A DNA stretch of 64,000 nucleotides from Candidatus Nomurabacteria bacterium (GTDB taxonomy: Bacteria; Patescibacteriota; Minisyncoccia; Phycocordibacterales; UBA918). The stretch spans positions 624,594 to 688,593 of the forward strand of contig CP060228.1 in the NCBI GenBank assembly GCA_023898565.1, given 5' to 3'. Under the pieces are notes generated by a model that saw only the letters and a list, made by a program, of their open reading frames with translations, had not been told where the DNA came from and did no database searches. Shown here in pieces: positions 45,280 to 54,786 of this stretch. The position numbers and the translations under genes are program-made. Position 1 is the first letter of the stretch. Each line of letters begins with the position of its first letter.

Positions 45280-48066
45280 ATGTCTGAACGTTTACCAAAT
45301 AGTTCACTGAGTGACGTCCCTAACTACAGCAATCTTGGTGGTGATATTGTCTTGAGTGCTGAATCTGTACAGCAAACAGAAGCTGAAAAAATAACCGCCT
45401 TGAGTGAGGCTGTTCATGCTGCCTCAGATAAAATCACTGCACTCAAGGAACAGCGGTTCAAGACAATTGAAAACGGCAAAAAAACAGAACTAACTGACCA
45501 AATAGACACGTTACAAGATTATATTGACAAACTATGTGCTGAAAAATCTGATTTGACCGCTGACGATACAGCTGCCATTGAAAATGAGCTTCGGCAACAC
45601 TTAGATTTTGAAGCGGCGAAAGAGTACGACGAAATGTCGCCAGAGGATTTTGATGACTTATTAACGGCCGAAGAAATTGAACAAGAAACCCTGCGGCACT
45701 ACGAGGCCTTTTTAGCGAAACAGAGAAATGAAGACGAAAACTTGCCAGTACTGACCGACATAGATGAGGAGGCTACTCGAAGTTATCAAGAGAGACACAG
45801 TGTTGATGATGGGATTCCTGTGCTGACTGATGTGATTAAAGACGGCGAAGATGATATTCAGGTGTCTCCCAAAAGAGTCGAAACAGGCAACAGTATCGAT
45901 AATTCTGAAGACGTGGCGGCGTTGTTCGGTGAGGCTGGTCGACAGGAAACAGTGGCAAAGATTACGGTCGAGGAACAAATCTCAGTTGCAAAGTATCTGA
46001 TTAAACAGATTGACAAGGGGGTTCAGGACAATATCATCTCAACTGCTGCCGCGGATGCTGCGGTAGCTGAACTCGAGAATCGTATTTATGGACTTGAGCG
46101 GCAGTTGTCCGGCGAGACTTCAAACAAGAATGCCGTGTTGAAAAAAACAGACGAAGTACTGCGTCAATTAGCTCGTCGGAACGGAACGTACACAGTGCCG
46201 GAGGTCACTACTGAAAACCAAGAAACACCGATGCACGAAATGACTCCAGAAGCAGAGGCAGAGCAGGAGCAGGAAGTGCGTGAGTTTGAGCAGGAGGCGA
46301 TTCCGCTCAGTGAATATACGACAGCAAAAAAGGAATTCAAAGCAGCAAAGCGTGTGTACTTAGAAGCTTTGGAGAAACAGTACCGTAAGCGCAATGTACT
46401 TTCAAAAATGGGAGAAACTTTTGGCGTGGGCCAGAAGCGAGCATTTACTCCAGAGGAGCAGGTTGCGTACGACACGTACATGGCAGCCAGTAAGAAATTT
46501 TACGAATACACTAAAGCCACTGGCGTGTATGACAAACTCCAGGTACGCATGATTGCGCGCTTAGAACGGCAGCATGAAAAGGGATTGTCATTAGAGCATG
46601 AGACGCCACTGGCGGTAGCGCCGTTAGTAGCTGATCGATTTGTGTTTAATCCAGCACAGGCACGCCTTGATGTGCAATCTGGTTTTTTGCCTGAGTCGGT
46701 GCAGGATGTGAAGAAGCGTCTGCTGCGGTGGGTGAAACAACACCCGTACGTAAGTGTTGCAGCGGGTGGAGCGCTCACTACATACGGACTCACGGTCAAT
46801 GCTCCTGGCGTGCTTGCAGCTGCGGCGAGCGGCATGATGGGTCGGCGATTTATTGTAGACCGGAAGGCGGCCGCGCTTGATGATACGGGCGAACAGGTTG
46901 TCGATGATTTACAAAGTGAAGCGTTACCTGACCTCGAACAGCTAGAAGCTCGTTATTTTACAGATGCTCGTCGGCTCGCTATTTCCCGTAATCGTAATCG
47001 GGCAGTTGCTTCAGCGCTCGGACTTTCAGCCGCAGCTGCTGCGGAGTCACTGCTTGGTGATCCGGATTTTACTCAAGCGTCTGAAGTAGTTAATGAGCCT
47101 GGTGATGACCGTGGTCAAGAGTTGCGCATGCCGGAATCAATTGCTGACAAGCTGGCTCGCGCTGATCGGGTAGCACCAATGTCTCCAGAGCATATCGCTC
47201 AGTTTGAGAGAATGGAAAACAGTGGAATCTTAAGCGCTGATTCATGGAGTCGGGCGGCTGCGCCACAGACAGATACGGTTGGTTCGCCGGCCGGGATTGA
47301 AAATCCAAATTGGGTCAAACCAGGAATCGATGCCGAATTAGGTGTTGTTTCTGACGGAGGCACCAACGCACTGCCTGGTGTGGTGCAGCCGGGGATTGAC
47401 TACGCTGCATCAGGTGCTGTGCCGGCCCCAGCATCATCGTCGATTGAATCCGTGCCAGTGCCACCGGCTCCAGCTACTCCTGCTCCGGCTCCTGTCGTAG
47501 AGACTGGTCCGAATCATCCTGCGCCTGTTGCTGAGTTGCAACCTCAATCGGTCGAGTCTGGTCCAGTCCAAGCGGTTACTGATGAGGCGCGAGTATCGGG
47601 TCGGGCCGAAATTTTGGCTGAACGAACCCATCTCGATTCTGTTGCAGCGCTTGAGCGGATACATGGATACCAGCCACGAGTGGCAGCGGGGCTAGATGCG
47701 CTGGTTACGACACCGATTGCCGGCCAAGATATCACGCATCACATGTATGCGGAGATGGTTAAGGCCTACGAGGCTGGAATGTTTAATTTGCCTGCAACGA
47801 GAGCTGAGTATGTGAGTCATAATCCGACGGCATTTTTTAGTTTTATTGAAGAACACGCAAAGGAATTAACCAATAATAAGTTCAGTGCCTTCTTAGGTGG
47901 ATCAGACTCGCTTGGTCTGTCGCCAGACGAATGGAAAGCGCTCGGCTTTAGTAGTGGTGACCCACAGGTTATTTCACCAGCAGATAAGATTCAGACAGGG
48001 AAATTAATCAAGCTCATTCTTGAAAATGCGGCTGAGGAAATTAACGGCAAATTAAAACCAAGTTAA
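45280..48066 (+). CDS. large hypothetical protein (~929 aa): acidic coiled-coil N-half, Pro/Ala-rich linker, C-terminal domain of unknown function
   Basis: No recognisable catalytic motifs. The ORF-track start at 45241 is TTG, so I trimmed it to the ATG at 45280. Confidence 0.5.
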   Translation: MSERLPNSSLSDVPNYSNLGGDIVLSAESVQQTEAEKITALSEAVHAASDKITALKEQRFKTIENGKKTELTDQIDTLQDYIDKLCAEKSDLTADDTAAIENELRQHLDFEAAKEYDEMSPEDFDDLLTAEEIEQETLRHYEAFLAKQRNEDENLPVLTDIDEEATRSYQERHSVDDGIPVLTDVIKDGEDDIQVSPKRVETGNSIDNSEDVAALFGEAGRQETVAKITVEEQISVAKYLIKQIDKGVQDNIISTAAADAAVAELENRIYGLERQLSGETSNKNAVLKKTDEVLRQLARRNGTYTVPEVTTENQETPMHEMTPEAEAEQEQEVREFEQEAIPLSEYTTAKKEFKAAKRVYLEALEKQYRKRNVLSKMGETFGVGQKRAFTPEEQVAYDTYMAASKKFYEYTKATGVYDKLQVRMIARLERQHEKGLSLEHETPLAVAPLVADRFVFNPAQARLDVQSGFLPESVQDVKKRLLRWVKQHPYVSVAAGGALTTYGLTVNAPGVLAAAASGMMGRRFIVDRKAAALDDTGEQVVDDLQSEALPDLEQLEARYFTDARRLAISRNRNRAVASALGLSAAAAAESLLGDPDFTQASEVVNEPGDDRGQELRMPESIADKLARADRVAPMSPEHIAQFERMENSGILSADSWSRAAAPQTDTVGSPAGIENPNWVKPGIDAELGVVSDGGTNALPGVVQPGIDYAASGAVPAPASSSIESVPVPPAPATPAPAPVVETGPNHPAPVAELQPQSVESGPVQAVTDEARVSGRAEILAERTHLDSVAALERIHGYQPRVAAGLDALVTTPIAGQDITHHMYAEMVKAYEAGMFNLPATRAEYVSHNPTAFFSFIEEHAKELTNNKFSAFLGGSDSLGLSPDEWKALGFSSGDPQVISPADKIQTGKLIKLILENAAEEINGKLKPS

Positions 48067-48068
48067 TC

Positions 48069-48365
48069 ATGCAGCAGTCACTAACAGAAAAAGTTGCGCA
48101 GTTGCTGACTTTGGAAAACATGCCAGAGTCGCAGCAGTTGGCAGTGTGCGAGCGAGTGGGCAGTATCGCACTCGAGGCGGCGCTAAATCGACAATTAGTT
48201 TCCTTAACACCCGAACAAGTTGCTGAGCTTGAGTTGTACCTTGATGTGCATGATGATTCCGCAAACATTTTTTCATTTCTGATTGAACGTTATCCAATGC
48301 TCGAGACGTATTTTGAGGAAGAAGTGATGGCACTGCAGCTCGAGATTATATCGATTATGTCATAG
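48069..48365 (+). CDS. small acidic helical protein (98 aa), hypothetical; 2 nt after the preceding stop
   Basis: It is translationally coupled to the 929-aa ORF. Confidence 0.45.
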   Translation: MQQSLTEKVAQLLTLENMPESQQLAVCERVGSIALEAALNRQLVSLTPEQVAELELYLDVHDDSANIFSFLIERYPMLETYFEEEVMALQLEIISIMS

Positions 48366-48500
48366 TGAGAAACAGCCCTAGGTATAGGGTTGTTTTCGTG
48401 TATAATCAGCGAATTAATCATAATCGCGGCGGGGGTGATTATTGCGCCGGATATTTTCTTTAGAAAATATCCGGCGCAAGAAACATCCGCTCAAAATTTC

Positions 48501-49763
48501 ATGTTAGATATAAAATTCATCCGAGAAAACTTAGACGTAGTCAAAATGGCGGCCAAGAAGAAGAAGTCGTCGATTGACCTCGATCGACTAGTCGCCGTGG
48601 ATGATTCCCGCCGCGATTTGATGCAACGTCTTGAAGAAAAACGGGCTGAGCAAAATAAGGTGTCAGACGGTATTCCGACTGCTCAAGATTCAGCAGTTCG
48701 CCAGCAACTCATCGAGCAAATGCAGGGGCTCAAGGCCGAGATTCAAAAAGAAGAAGAGGCGCTAAAGCCAGTGATGGAAGAGTGGCAGGCGCTGATGCTT
48801 CAGGTACCTAATGTGCCAGATATGTCTGTACCCGATGGTGACAGTGATGCTGATAATGAAGAAGTGAAAACGTGGGGCGAGCAGACTAAGTTTCCGTTTG
48901 AAGCGAAAGATCATGTCGAGCTCATGCAAAAGCATGGCATGGTAGATTTTGAGCGTGGTGCGAAGGTGCATGGTTTCCGTGGGTACTACCTCTTAGGTGA
49001 CGGCGCTAAGCTTTCTTGGGCGATTTGGAACTACGCCAATCAATTCTTTATGGAAAAGGGCTTTACGCCTGTATTGCCACCAGCGGTAGTGCGTAAATCA
49101 AATCTCTACGGTACCGGTCACTTACCAAATGATGCTGATGATGTGTATCGTACCCAGGACGAGGATTACCTTATTGGTACGAGCGAGGTGTCGGTTATGG
49201 GGTATTATGCTGACGAGATTATCGATAAAGAGCTTTTCCCGGTTAAATTCCTTGGTTTCTCACCATGCTTCCGTCGTGAAGCGGGCAGTCATGGGAAGGA
49301 TACTCGCGGTTTAATTCGCGTCCATGAATTCTACAAGCTCGAGCAAGTAATGCTTTGTGAGGCGTCACACGAAGAGAGTGTTCGTTGGCACGAGTGGATT
49401 AATCGCAATACTGAAGAGTTTATCGAGTCGCTTGGTATTCCATATCGTACCGTATTGAACTGCGGTGGTGACCTCGGGCAAGGACAGGTGAAGAAGTATG
49501 ATGTTGAGCTCTGGGTGCCTGGTGAACATACGTACCGTGAGATTAGCTCAGCGTCATACTTCCACGACTTCCAGACTCGTCGCTTCAATATTCGCTATCG
49601 CGACGCAGAAGGGAAGGTGCGCTACGCTCACTCACTCAACTGTACGGCTATTCCAACGCCACGCATTCTCGTGTCGCTGATGGAAAACTTCCAGCAGGAA
49701 GATGGAGCCATTAAGATTCCCGAGAAGTTGGTGCCGTATTTTGGTAAGGACAAGATTGGATAA
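48501..49763 (+). CDS. serS: seryl-tRNA synthetase
   Basis: N-terminal coiled-coil MLDIKFIRENLD..., class II motif 2 GFSPCFRREAGSHGKDTRGLIRVHEF, and motif 3. The ORF-track start at 48390 is TTG, so I trimmed it to 48501. Confidence 0.9.
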   Translation: MLDIKFIRENLDVVKMAAKKKKSSIDLDRLVAVDDSRRDLMQRLEEKRAEQNKVSDGIPTAQDSAVRQQLIEQMQGLKAEIQKEEEALKPVMEEWQALMLQVPNVPDMSVPDGDSDADNEEVKTWGEQTKFPFEAKDHVELMQKHGMVDFERGAKVHGFRGYYLLGDGAKLSWAIWNYANQFFMEKGFTPVLPPAVVRKSNLYGTGHLPNDADDVYRTQDEDYLIGTSEVSVMGYYADEIIDKELFPVKFLGFSPCFRREAGSHGKDTRGLIRVHEFYKLEQVMLCEASHEESVRWHEWINRNTEEFIESLGIPYRTVLNCGGDLGQGQVKKYDVELWVPGEHTYREISSASYFHDFQTRRFNIRYRDAEGKVRYAHSLNCTAIPTPRILVSLMENFQQEDGAIKIPEKLVPYFGKDKIG

Positions 49764-49829
49764 GGTGAAAAAAGCGGCGGGCCCCTTTGGGGCCCGCCGC
49801 TTTTTTCTAATCCATGCTACGATACCACT

Positions 49830-50711
49830 ATGAAAAAACTCCGAAGACTTGATCCGAATACGGTGGTGCTACTCAAGCATATTGGTTTAGGGGTCGTTAT
49901 GGTCGGAGTGGTTGCGCTTATTGTGACTGGTATTTGGTATGGCACTCGGGTACCGTCACTTACTATTACCAAGGTGGAAGCGGTTGGTGGTGAAACAATT
50001 GATACCAAATCAATCGTGCGCATTGCAGAAAGCAAACTTGAAGGTGAGTACATTGGACTCATCCCGCATCGATTTGTCTGGCTATATCCTGATGACCTAA
50101 TTAAGGAGGAGATTAGGTCGATTGATCGTATACACAATGTTCAGCTCTGGCGCAGCGATACTACGTTGCGCATTACATTTGATGAGTACGTGCCTGCTGC
50201 ACTCTGGTGCACTGCTGTTGCAACAGAAAATTGTGTGTTTGTGGATGCTGCTGCGTATGCATTTTCAAGTGCGCCACGTTTAGATGGTGGTTCATTCCTA
50301 CGCTTCATCACCACTGATAAGCCAGCTACAGTAGGTGAGATGATGCTGGACAAGGAAACTTATCACATTGCTCGAGAGCTCGAGCAGCTCCTGGCAACAA
50401 AGGGGTGGTTTGTGTCACAAATTGAAATTGATCAAGTCGGTGATGCTTTCTTGACCTTGGCGGAGGGTGGAGAATTGAAAACTGCACTTGATAGTTCCCC
50501 ACAAGAAACAGTCGACAATCTTTTTGTTGTTCTCACGTCCAAAGAATTTACACACTTACGACCAGGCAATTTTGTCTATATTGATTTGCGTTTTGGCAAT
50601 AAAGTTTTTGTAAAAGAAAAAGAAACCACCCCTGAGGGGGTGGAAGAGATAGGTCAGTACTCACCGCTTGATGAAGCGAGGGAGCTTGGCTCCGATGAGC
50701 ATGGTCAGTAA
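49830..50711 (+). CDS. FtsQ/DivIB-like cell division protein (TM plus POTRA)
   Basis: N-terminal TM segment, then LTITKVEAVGGETIDTKSIVRIAES...LWRSDTTLRITFDEYVPAALW, which matches the FtsQ POTRA pattern. It is not adjacent to ftsA/ftsZ. Confidence 0.5.
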   Translation: MKKLRRLDPNTVVLLKHIGLGVVMVGVVALIVTGIWYGTRVPSLTITKVEAVGGETIDTKSIVRIAESKLEGEYIGLIPHRFVWLYPDDLIKEEIRSIDRIHNVQLWRSDTTLRITFDEYVPAALWCTAVATENCVFVDAAAYAFSSAPRLDGGSFLRFITTDKPATVGEMMLDKETYHIARELEQLLATKGWFVSQIEIDQVGDAFLTLAEGGELKTALDSSPQETVDNLFVVLTSKEFTHLRPGNFVYIDLRFGNKVFVKEKETTPEGVEEIGQYSPLDEARELGSDEHGQ

Positions 50712-50957
50712 GCTGATTTAACAGCCCGGTAAAAATGAAGTATGCGTAGGAGGCTTCACTACAGCCGCCAAGACCTTTACAGATCAGGTACAGCCAGAAT
50801 GAGCCCAACGCAAAGGCTGCTGCAATGAAGGCAACCGCGAGGAAGAGCACTCCGAGCAAACGTTTCATGTTGGTAGCTCCTAAGAAACTTTGTTATTAAT
50901 AACACAAAAAACATGTTTTGTAAAATAAGAGCCGCCCGATATTCGGGCGGCGTAGTG

Positions 50958-51359
50958 TTATCGTAGTCGAAGCCAGAAGCGCTTGAGTGCAGCAATGACC
51001 GTCACAAGCAGAAGTAAGTAGACGGCGGTATGGACAGGATGTGAGGCTTGGTTAGTCAGAGACTTTGCACTTCCAGGCAATTGTGTAATGGTCCAACACA
51101 AAGTTCCGAGACTGACTACAAGGAACAGGTCAGTGATGAGAATGAGATTCAAACGGCTTTTGGGCGACATGATGATCTCCGGTCGATTGTCTTCTAGTGT
51201 AATATCATGAGGTGATTTTAATGTAAAGAAACCGCCTAACAAGAAGGCGGTTTCAGACTCAGCAATGTCACTTAATTTCTTCTCTTTTTCATAAAATGCG
51301 TGTCTAACCAGGTATAGACCAGGTTGTTCCATTTCCAGAAAATCGTTTGACCTTCCCAA
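50958..51359 (-). CDS. small hypothetical membrane protein, start uncertain
   Basis: Part of a run of four short minus-strand membrane ORFs (50548-52043), some of which overlap. Confidence 0.35.
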   Translation of the reverse strand: MGRSNDFLEMEQPGLYLVRHAFYEKEKKLSDIAESETAFLLGGFFTLKSPHDITLEDNRPEIIMSPKSRLNLILITDLFLVVSLGTLCWTITQLPGSAKSLTNQASHPVHTAVYLLLLVTVIAALKRFWLRLR

Positions 51360-51595
51360 AATAGACAGTCTACAACACCGTATGCAGCCAGAGTAAAGCT
51401 GACGAGGCAGAGAGAAATCCAGATACCCAGGAGGCCGATGAGGATTACTCCAATAAGATAATTTACGAAGAGGTTACTCTGCGTGAGTGGTTCGAGGGGC
51501 AGGATCAGTAGACAGGCGAGTATTGACGAAAGTAGGGAGATGATGAGTACAACCAATCCCTTAATTGACTGCTCAATTCTGGTTGTGGTGTCCAT
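51272..51595 (-). CDS. small hypothetical membrane protein (107 aa)
   Basis: Three hydrophobic helices. Confidence 0.4.
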   Translation of the reverse strand: MDTTTRIEQSIKGLVVLIISLLSSILACLLILPLEPLTQSNLFVNYLIGVILIGLLGIWISLCLVSFTLAAYGVVDCLFWEGQTIFWKWNNLVYTWLDTHFMKKRRN

Positions 51596-51689
51596 GATTG
51601 CTTCCTTATAAAAAACATTCTGTCTACTACGATTGCATGTTTAGATACTTTTGGCAAAAAGCAAAAGGCGCCGACCTTTGGTCGGCGCC

Positions 51690-52043
51690 TTACATTTTCC
51701 GGCGAATTAAGCGCCAGCGTAGCTGCGGTTTCCAGCGTGGCACTATTGCCCAGAGGCAGCCGCAGTATATGTTGAGCACACCGCCCACAAAAACAAAGAG
51801 GCTAATGATGAGAATTCCGATATACGGAAGTGTCATATCAACCAAGCTCGCAATTCTGAGGATGTATTCGTTGGCTAATAGTTGTAAGACTCCCGTGCAG
51901 TACACCAGAATTCCTTGCCATCTGATAGTGGTGATTTTTTCTCCAAACTCATTATATTTTTCCAAGGTGCTCTCCTTGCAAATATTACTCCTGCCAGTAC
52001 AATGCCACGACAATGAATTTTTGGCAAAAGTTACCAAAACCAC
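51690..52043 (-). CDS. small hypothetical membrane protein, followed by a hairpin terminator at 51664-51691
   Basis: The terminator AAGGCGCCGACC-TTTG-GTCGGCGCCTT sits immediately 3' of the stop. Confidence 0.4.
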   Translation of the reverse strand: MVLVTFAKNSLSWHCTGRSNICKESTLEKYNEFGEKITTIRWQGILVYCTGVLQLLANEYILRIASLVDMTLPYIGILIISLFVFVGGVLNIYCGCLWAIVPRWKPQLRWRLIRRKM

Positions 52044-53098
52044 TGCATGTTGTAGCGCCGATGGCAGATGTTACCGACGCAGCCTTTCGTCGGATGATTG
52101 CGAAGTATAGCGCGCACGAGCGAGCGGATGGTTTGGTGGGTGGGCCGGACGTGATGTGGACGGAGTTTGTGGCTGCTGACGGGCTCGTGCGCGCGACACC
52201 AGAAGGGAAAGAGAAGTTGATGGCTGATCTTATCTACGCCGAGGAAGAAAGGCCAATTGTGGCGCAGCTGTTTACGAGCAATCCCGAACATATGGAGTAC
52301 GCAGCAAAGCTTTGTCGCGATTTAGGTTTTGACGGTATCGATATAAATATGGGCTGCCCTGACCGAGCGATTGAGCGCCAAGGCTGTGGCTCGGCCATGA
52401 TTAAGACGCCAGATGTGGCACGGGAAATTATTCGTGCCGCGAAGCGTGGTGCGGGCGATATTCCGGTGACGGTAAAAACCCGCGTGGGGTATGGACATGA
52501 TCAGCTTGAGGAGTGGCTGCCGGTTCTTCTAGAAGAAGAACCGGCAGCCGTGACTATTCATGCACGGACAAGAAAAGAAATGAGTAAAGTACCAGCGCAG
52601 TGGGAGCGGGTGAAGCGAGCGGTGGAGATTCGTGATGCGCTTAAGTCGGAAGCACTGATTTTAGGGAACGGTGATGTGTTGTCGCTTGATGATGCGCGCC
52701 GGAAAGCGGAGCTTTCCGGCGCTGATGGTGTGATGATTGGCCGCGCCCTATTTGGCAATCCATGGTTTTTCCATCCGACCAAACGCCTGCCAGTACGACT
52801 CACTGCTTTGCCAACTGCCGGCGTAGACCGTGATACGATTCATGAGCAAGATACAGCCGACGAAACTCTTGAATACATTACGCTAGAGGAGCGACTGCGG
52901 GTAATGGTGGAGCATACGAAGCTGTTTGCAGAATTGCTACCGTTTAAAAATTTCTCCGTGATGAAGAAGCACTACAAAGCGTACGTGAACTCATTTCATG
53001 GTGCGGCGGAACTGCGCGCAGAACTGATGGAGCAAAACACGCCGGAAGAGATTGAGATGGTGGTCGAGCGGTTCCTTTCGACTACAGACTGTGCATAG
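52013..53098 (+). CDS. tRNA-dihydrouridine synthase
   Basis: VAPMADVTDAAFRRM and an FMN-binding TIM-barrel pattern with the catalytic Cys in NMGCP. Confidence 0.85.
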   Translation: MNFWQKLPKPLHVVAPMADVTDAAFRRMIAKYSAHERADGLVGGPDVMWTEFVAADGLVRATPEGKEKLMADLIYAEEERPIVAQLFTSNPEHMEYAAKLCRDLGFDGIDINMGCPDRAIERQGCGSAMIKTPDVAREIIRAAKRGAGDIPVTVKTRVGYGHDQLEEWLPVLLEEEPAAVTIHARTRKEMSKVPAQWERVKRAVEIRDALKSEALILGNGDVLSLDDARRKAELSGADGVMIGRALFGNPWFFHPTKRLPVRLTALPTAGVDRDTIHEQDTADETLEYITLEERLRVMVEHTKLFAELLPFKNFSVMKKHYKAYVNSFHGAAELRAELMEQNTPEEIEMVVERFLSTTDCA

Positions 53099-53136
53099 TG
53101 CACGTGCGAATATTGTGTAGCGCTGTACACTAGATA

Positions 53137-53421
53137 GTGATGAATGAGGTGTTACACGCAAATATATTTTTCCTGATTGCGAGTATTGCGACGGTGGTAT
53201 TTTGTATTTTTATTTGTTTCATTTTGTTTCATGTACTCAAGATTGTGGCGAGTCTTCGTCGTATCATTGAGCGAATTGAAGCGGGAAGTGAAGCAATTGC
53301 GCAAGATATGGCACATGTGCGCGAGCTTGTAGCAGGCGGCGGCATTATTGCTCGGGTGGGACGCTTCTTCATGGGGTCTACGCGCGGTCGCAGAAAAAGT
53401 CGTTCGTACGATGATGAATAA
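53137..53421 (+). CDS. small membrane protein, hypothetical
   Basis: One TM helix followed by a charged tail. Confidence 0.4.
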   Translation: MMNEVLHANIFFLIASIATVVFCIFICFILFHVLKIVASLRRIIERIEAGSEAIAQDMAHVRELVAGGGIIARVGRFFMGSTRGRRKSRSYDDE

Positions 53422-53438
53422 TTTTAATACTAAGTACT

Positions 53439-53897
53439 ATGGCAGCAAAAAAGAAAGTAGTGAAGAAAGTGGAAGAAATGACTCCGGCTCAGAAGATTGG
53501 CGTGGGTGTTGGTCTGACTGCAGCTGCAGTAGCAGCCGCTGGTGCCTATTTCCTTTATGGCAGCAAAAATGCTGCTAAGAATCGAAAGACCGTAAAGAGT
53601 TGGGCACTCAAGGCTAAAGCAGAAGTGCTCGAGAAGCTTGAGGATGCAAAAGAAATGACTCGTGAAGAGTATGAAGAACTTATCGCGGCAGTCGCCGGCA
53701 CGTATGCTGGTGTGAAGTCGGCTACCAAATCTGATTTGAAGGAGTTCAAGTCAGAAATGCTCGATCACTGGAAAACAATCGAAAAGATGGCGAAGCCAAA
53801 GAAGAAGGCGGCGAAAAAGGCTGTAAAGAAAGCCGTGAAGAAAGTTGCCAAGAAGGTAACAAAAACTGCGAAGAAGGCAGAAAAGAAAGTTGCGTAA
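53439..53897 (+). CDS. Lys/Ala-rich histone H1-like protein with an N-terminal TM segment
   Basis: The C-terminus KPKKKAAKKAVKKAVKKVAKKVTKTAKKAEKKVA is built from (A/V)KK repeats. Confidence 0.5.
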   Translation: MAAKKKVVKKVEEMTPAQKIGVGVGLTAAAVAAAGAYFLYGSKNAAKNRKTVKSWALKAKAEVLEKLEDAKEMTREEYEELIAAVAGTYAGVKSATKSDLKEFKSEMLDHWKTIEKMAKPKKKAAKKAVKKAVKKVAKKVTKTAKKAEKKVA

Positions 53898-53959
53898 GCT
53901 ATGCACAGAAAAACCGGCGCGGGCCCTTTGGGCCCGCGCCGGTTTTGTATCATAGTAGT

Positions 53960-54766
53960 ATGAAACGACTGCTTGTAGCCTTTTTCCTTCTCGCTGCTTT
54001 GGTGGTTGTTAGTGATCCTTCCAAAATAAAAGCATCGACCCCAGTTCCGCTCGCGGCGGCGGAACGAGCAGTGGTCACCAAGATGGTTACGCCTGCCGTA
54101 AGTGCTAAAGCGTACACGGTATTTGATGTGACAACGGGAGAGATTTTGCTATCTAAAGACGCAGACGAAGAACTACCAATTGCTTCAGTCACCAAGCTTT
54201 TTACTGCTGCCGCTGCGCTCGAACTGTCGCCTGATGAGGAGGTTGTTGTTTCAGCGGCTGATGTGGCCACTGAAGGGCGGGCCGGCAAGCTCAAAGCTGG
54301 TGATGAATATAGTGTTCACGAGCTCCTCTTTCCGCTCCTCTTGGAGTCTTCCAACGATGCTGCAGCTGCACTCTCGCGTGTGACTGGGCCGATTGCAGTC
54401 GGCTCGCATTCGCTCGCCGACACCTCTGGCCTCTCCGACGCCAATATCGCCTCAGCTCGAGAGCTAGCGACGGCGGTACGTGAGTTGTACTTCACCAAGC
54501 CACACCTCTTCGATATCACCAAGCTTTCGCAAAAAGTAGGGGAGTACACCGGCTGGATCAATAACTCTCCGGTGCGAGACTTACCCGGCTACCAAGGTGG
54601 CAAGCATGGCTATACAGTGGCCGCGGGCCGTACTTTGGCAGCTATTTTTAGTGAGGATGCACTCCAAGGTCGGACAGTCGGCTATATTGTACTTGGTAGC
54701 GATGATGTGCGTAGTGATGTGGAGCTGCTGCGGGCGAGCGTGGAGGAGGCGGTACGACTGCAGTAA
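53960..54766 (+). CDS. D-alanyl-D-alanine carboxypeptidase (S11/PBP5-like, low-molecular-weight PBP)
   Basis: Signal peptide, SVTK (SxxK) and SSN-like motifs. The ORF-track start at 53945 is TTG, so I trimmed it to 53960. Confidence 0.75.
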   Translation: MKRLLVAFFLLAALVVVSDPSKIKASTPVPLAAAERAVVTKMVTPAVSAKAYTVFDVTTGEILLSKDADEELPIASVTKLFTAAAALELSPDEEVVVSAADVATEGRAGKLKAGDEYSVHELLFPLLLESSNDAAAALSRVTGPIAVGSHSLADTSGLSDANIASARELATAVRELYFTKPHLFDITKLSQKVGEYTGWINNSPVRDLPGYQGGKHGYTVAAGRTLAAIFSEDALQGRTVGYIVLGSDDVRSDVELLRASVEEAVRLQ

Positions 54767-54786
54767 AATTTGCTATACTGTGTGCC

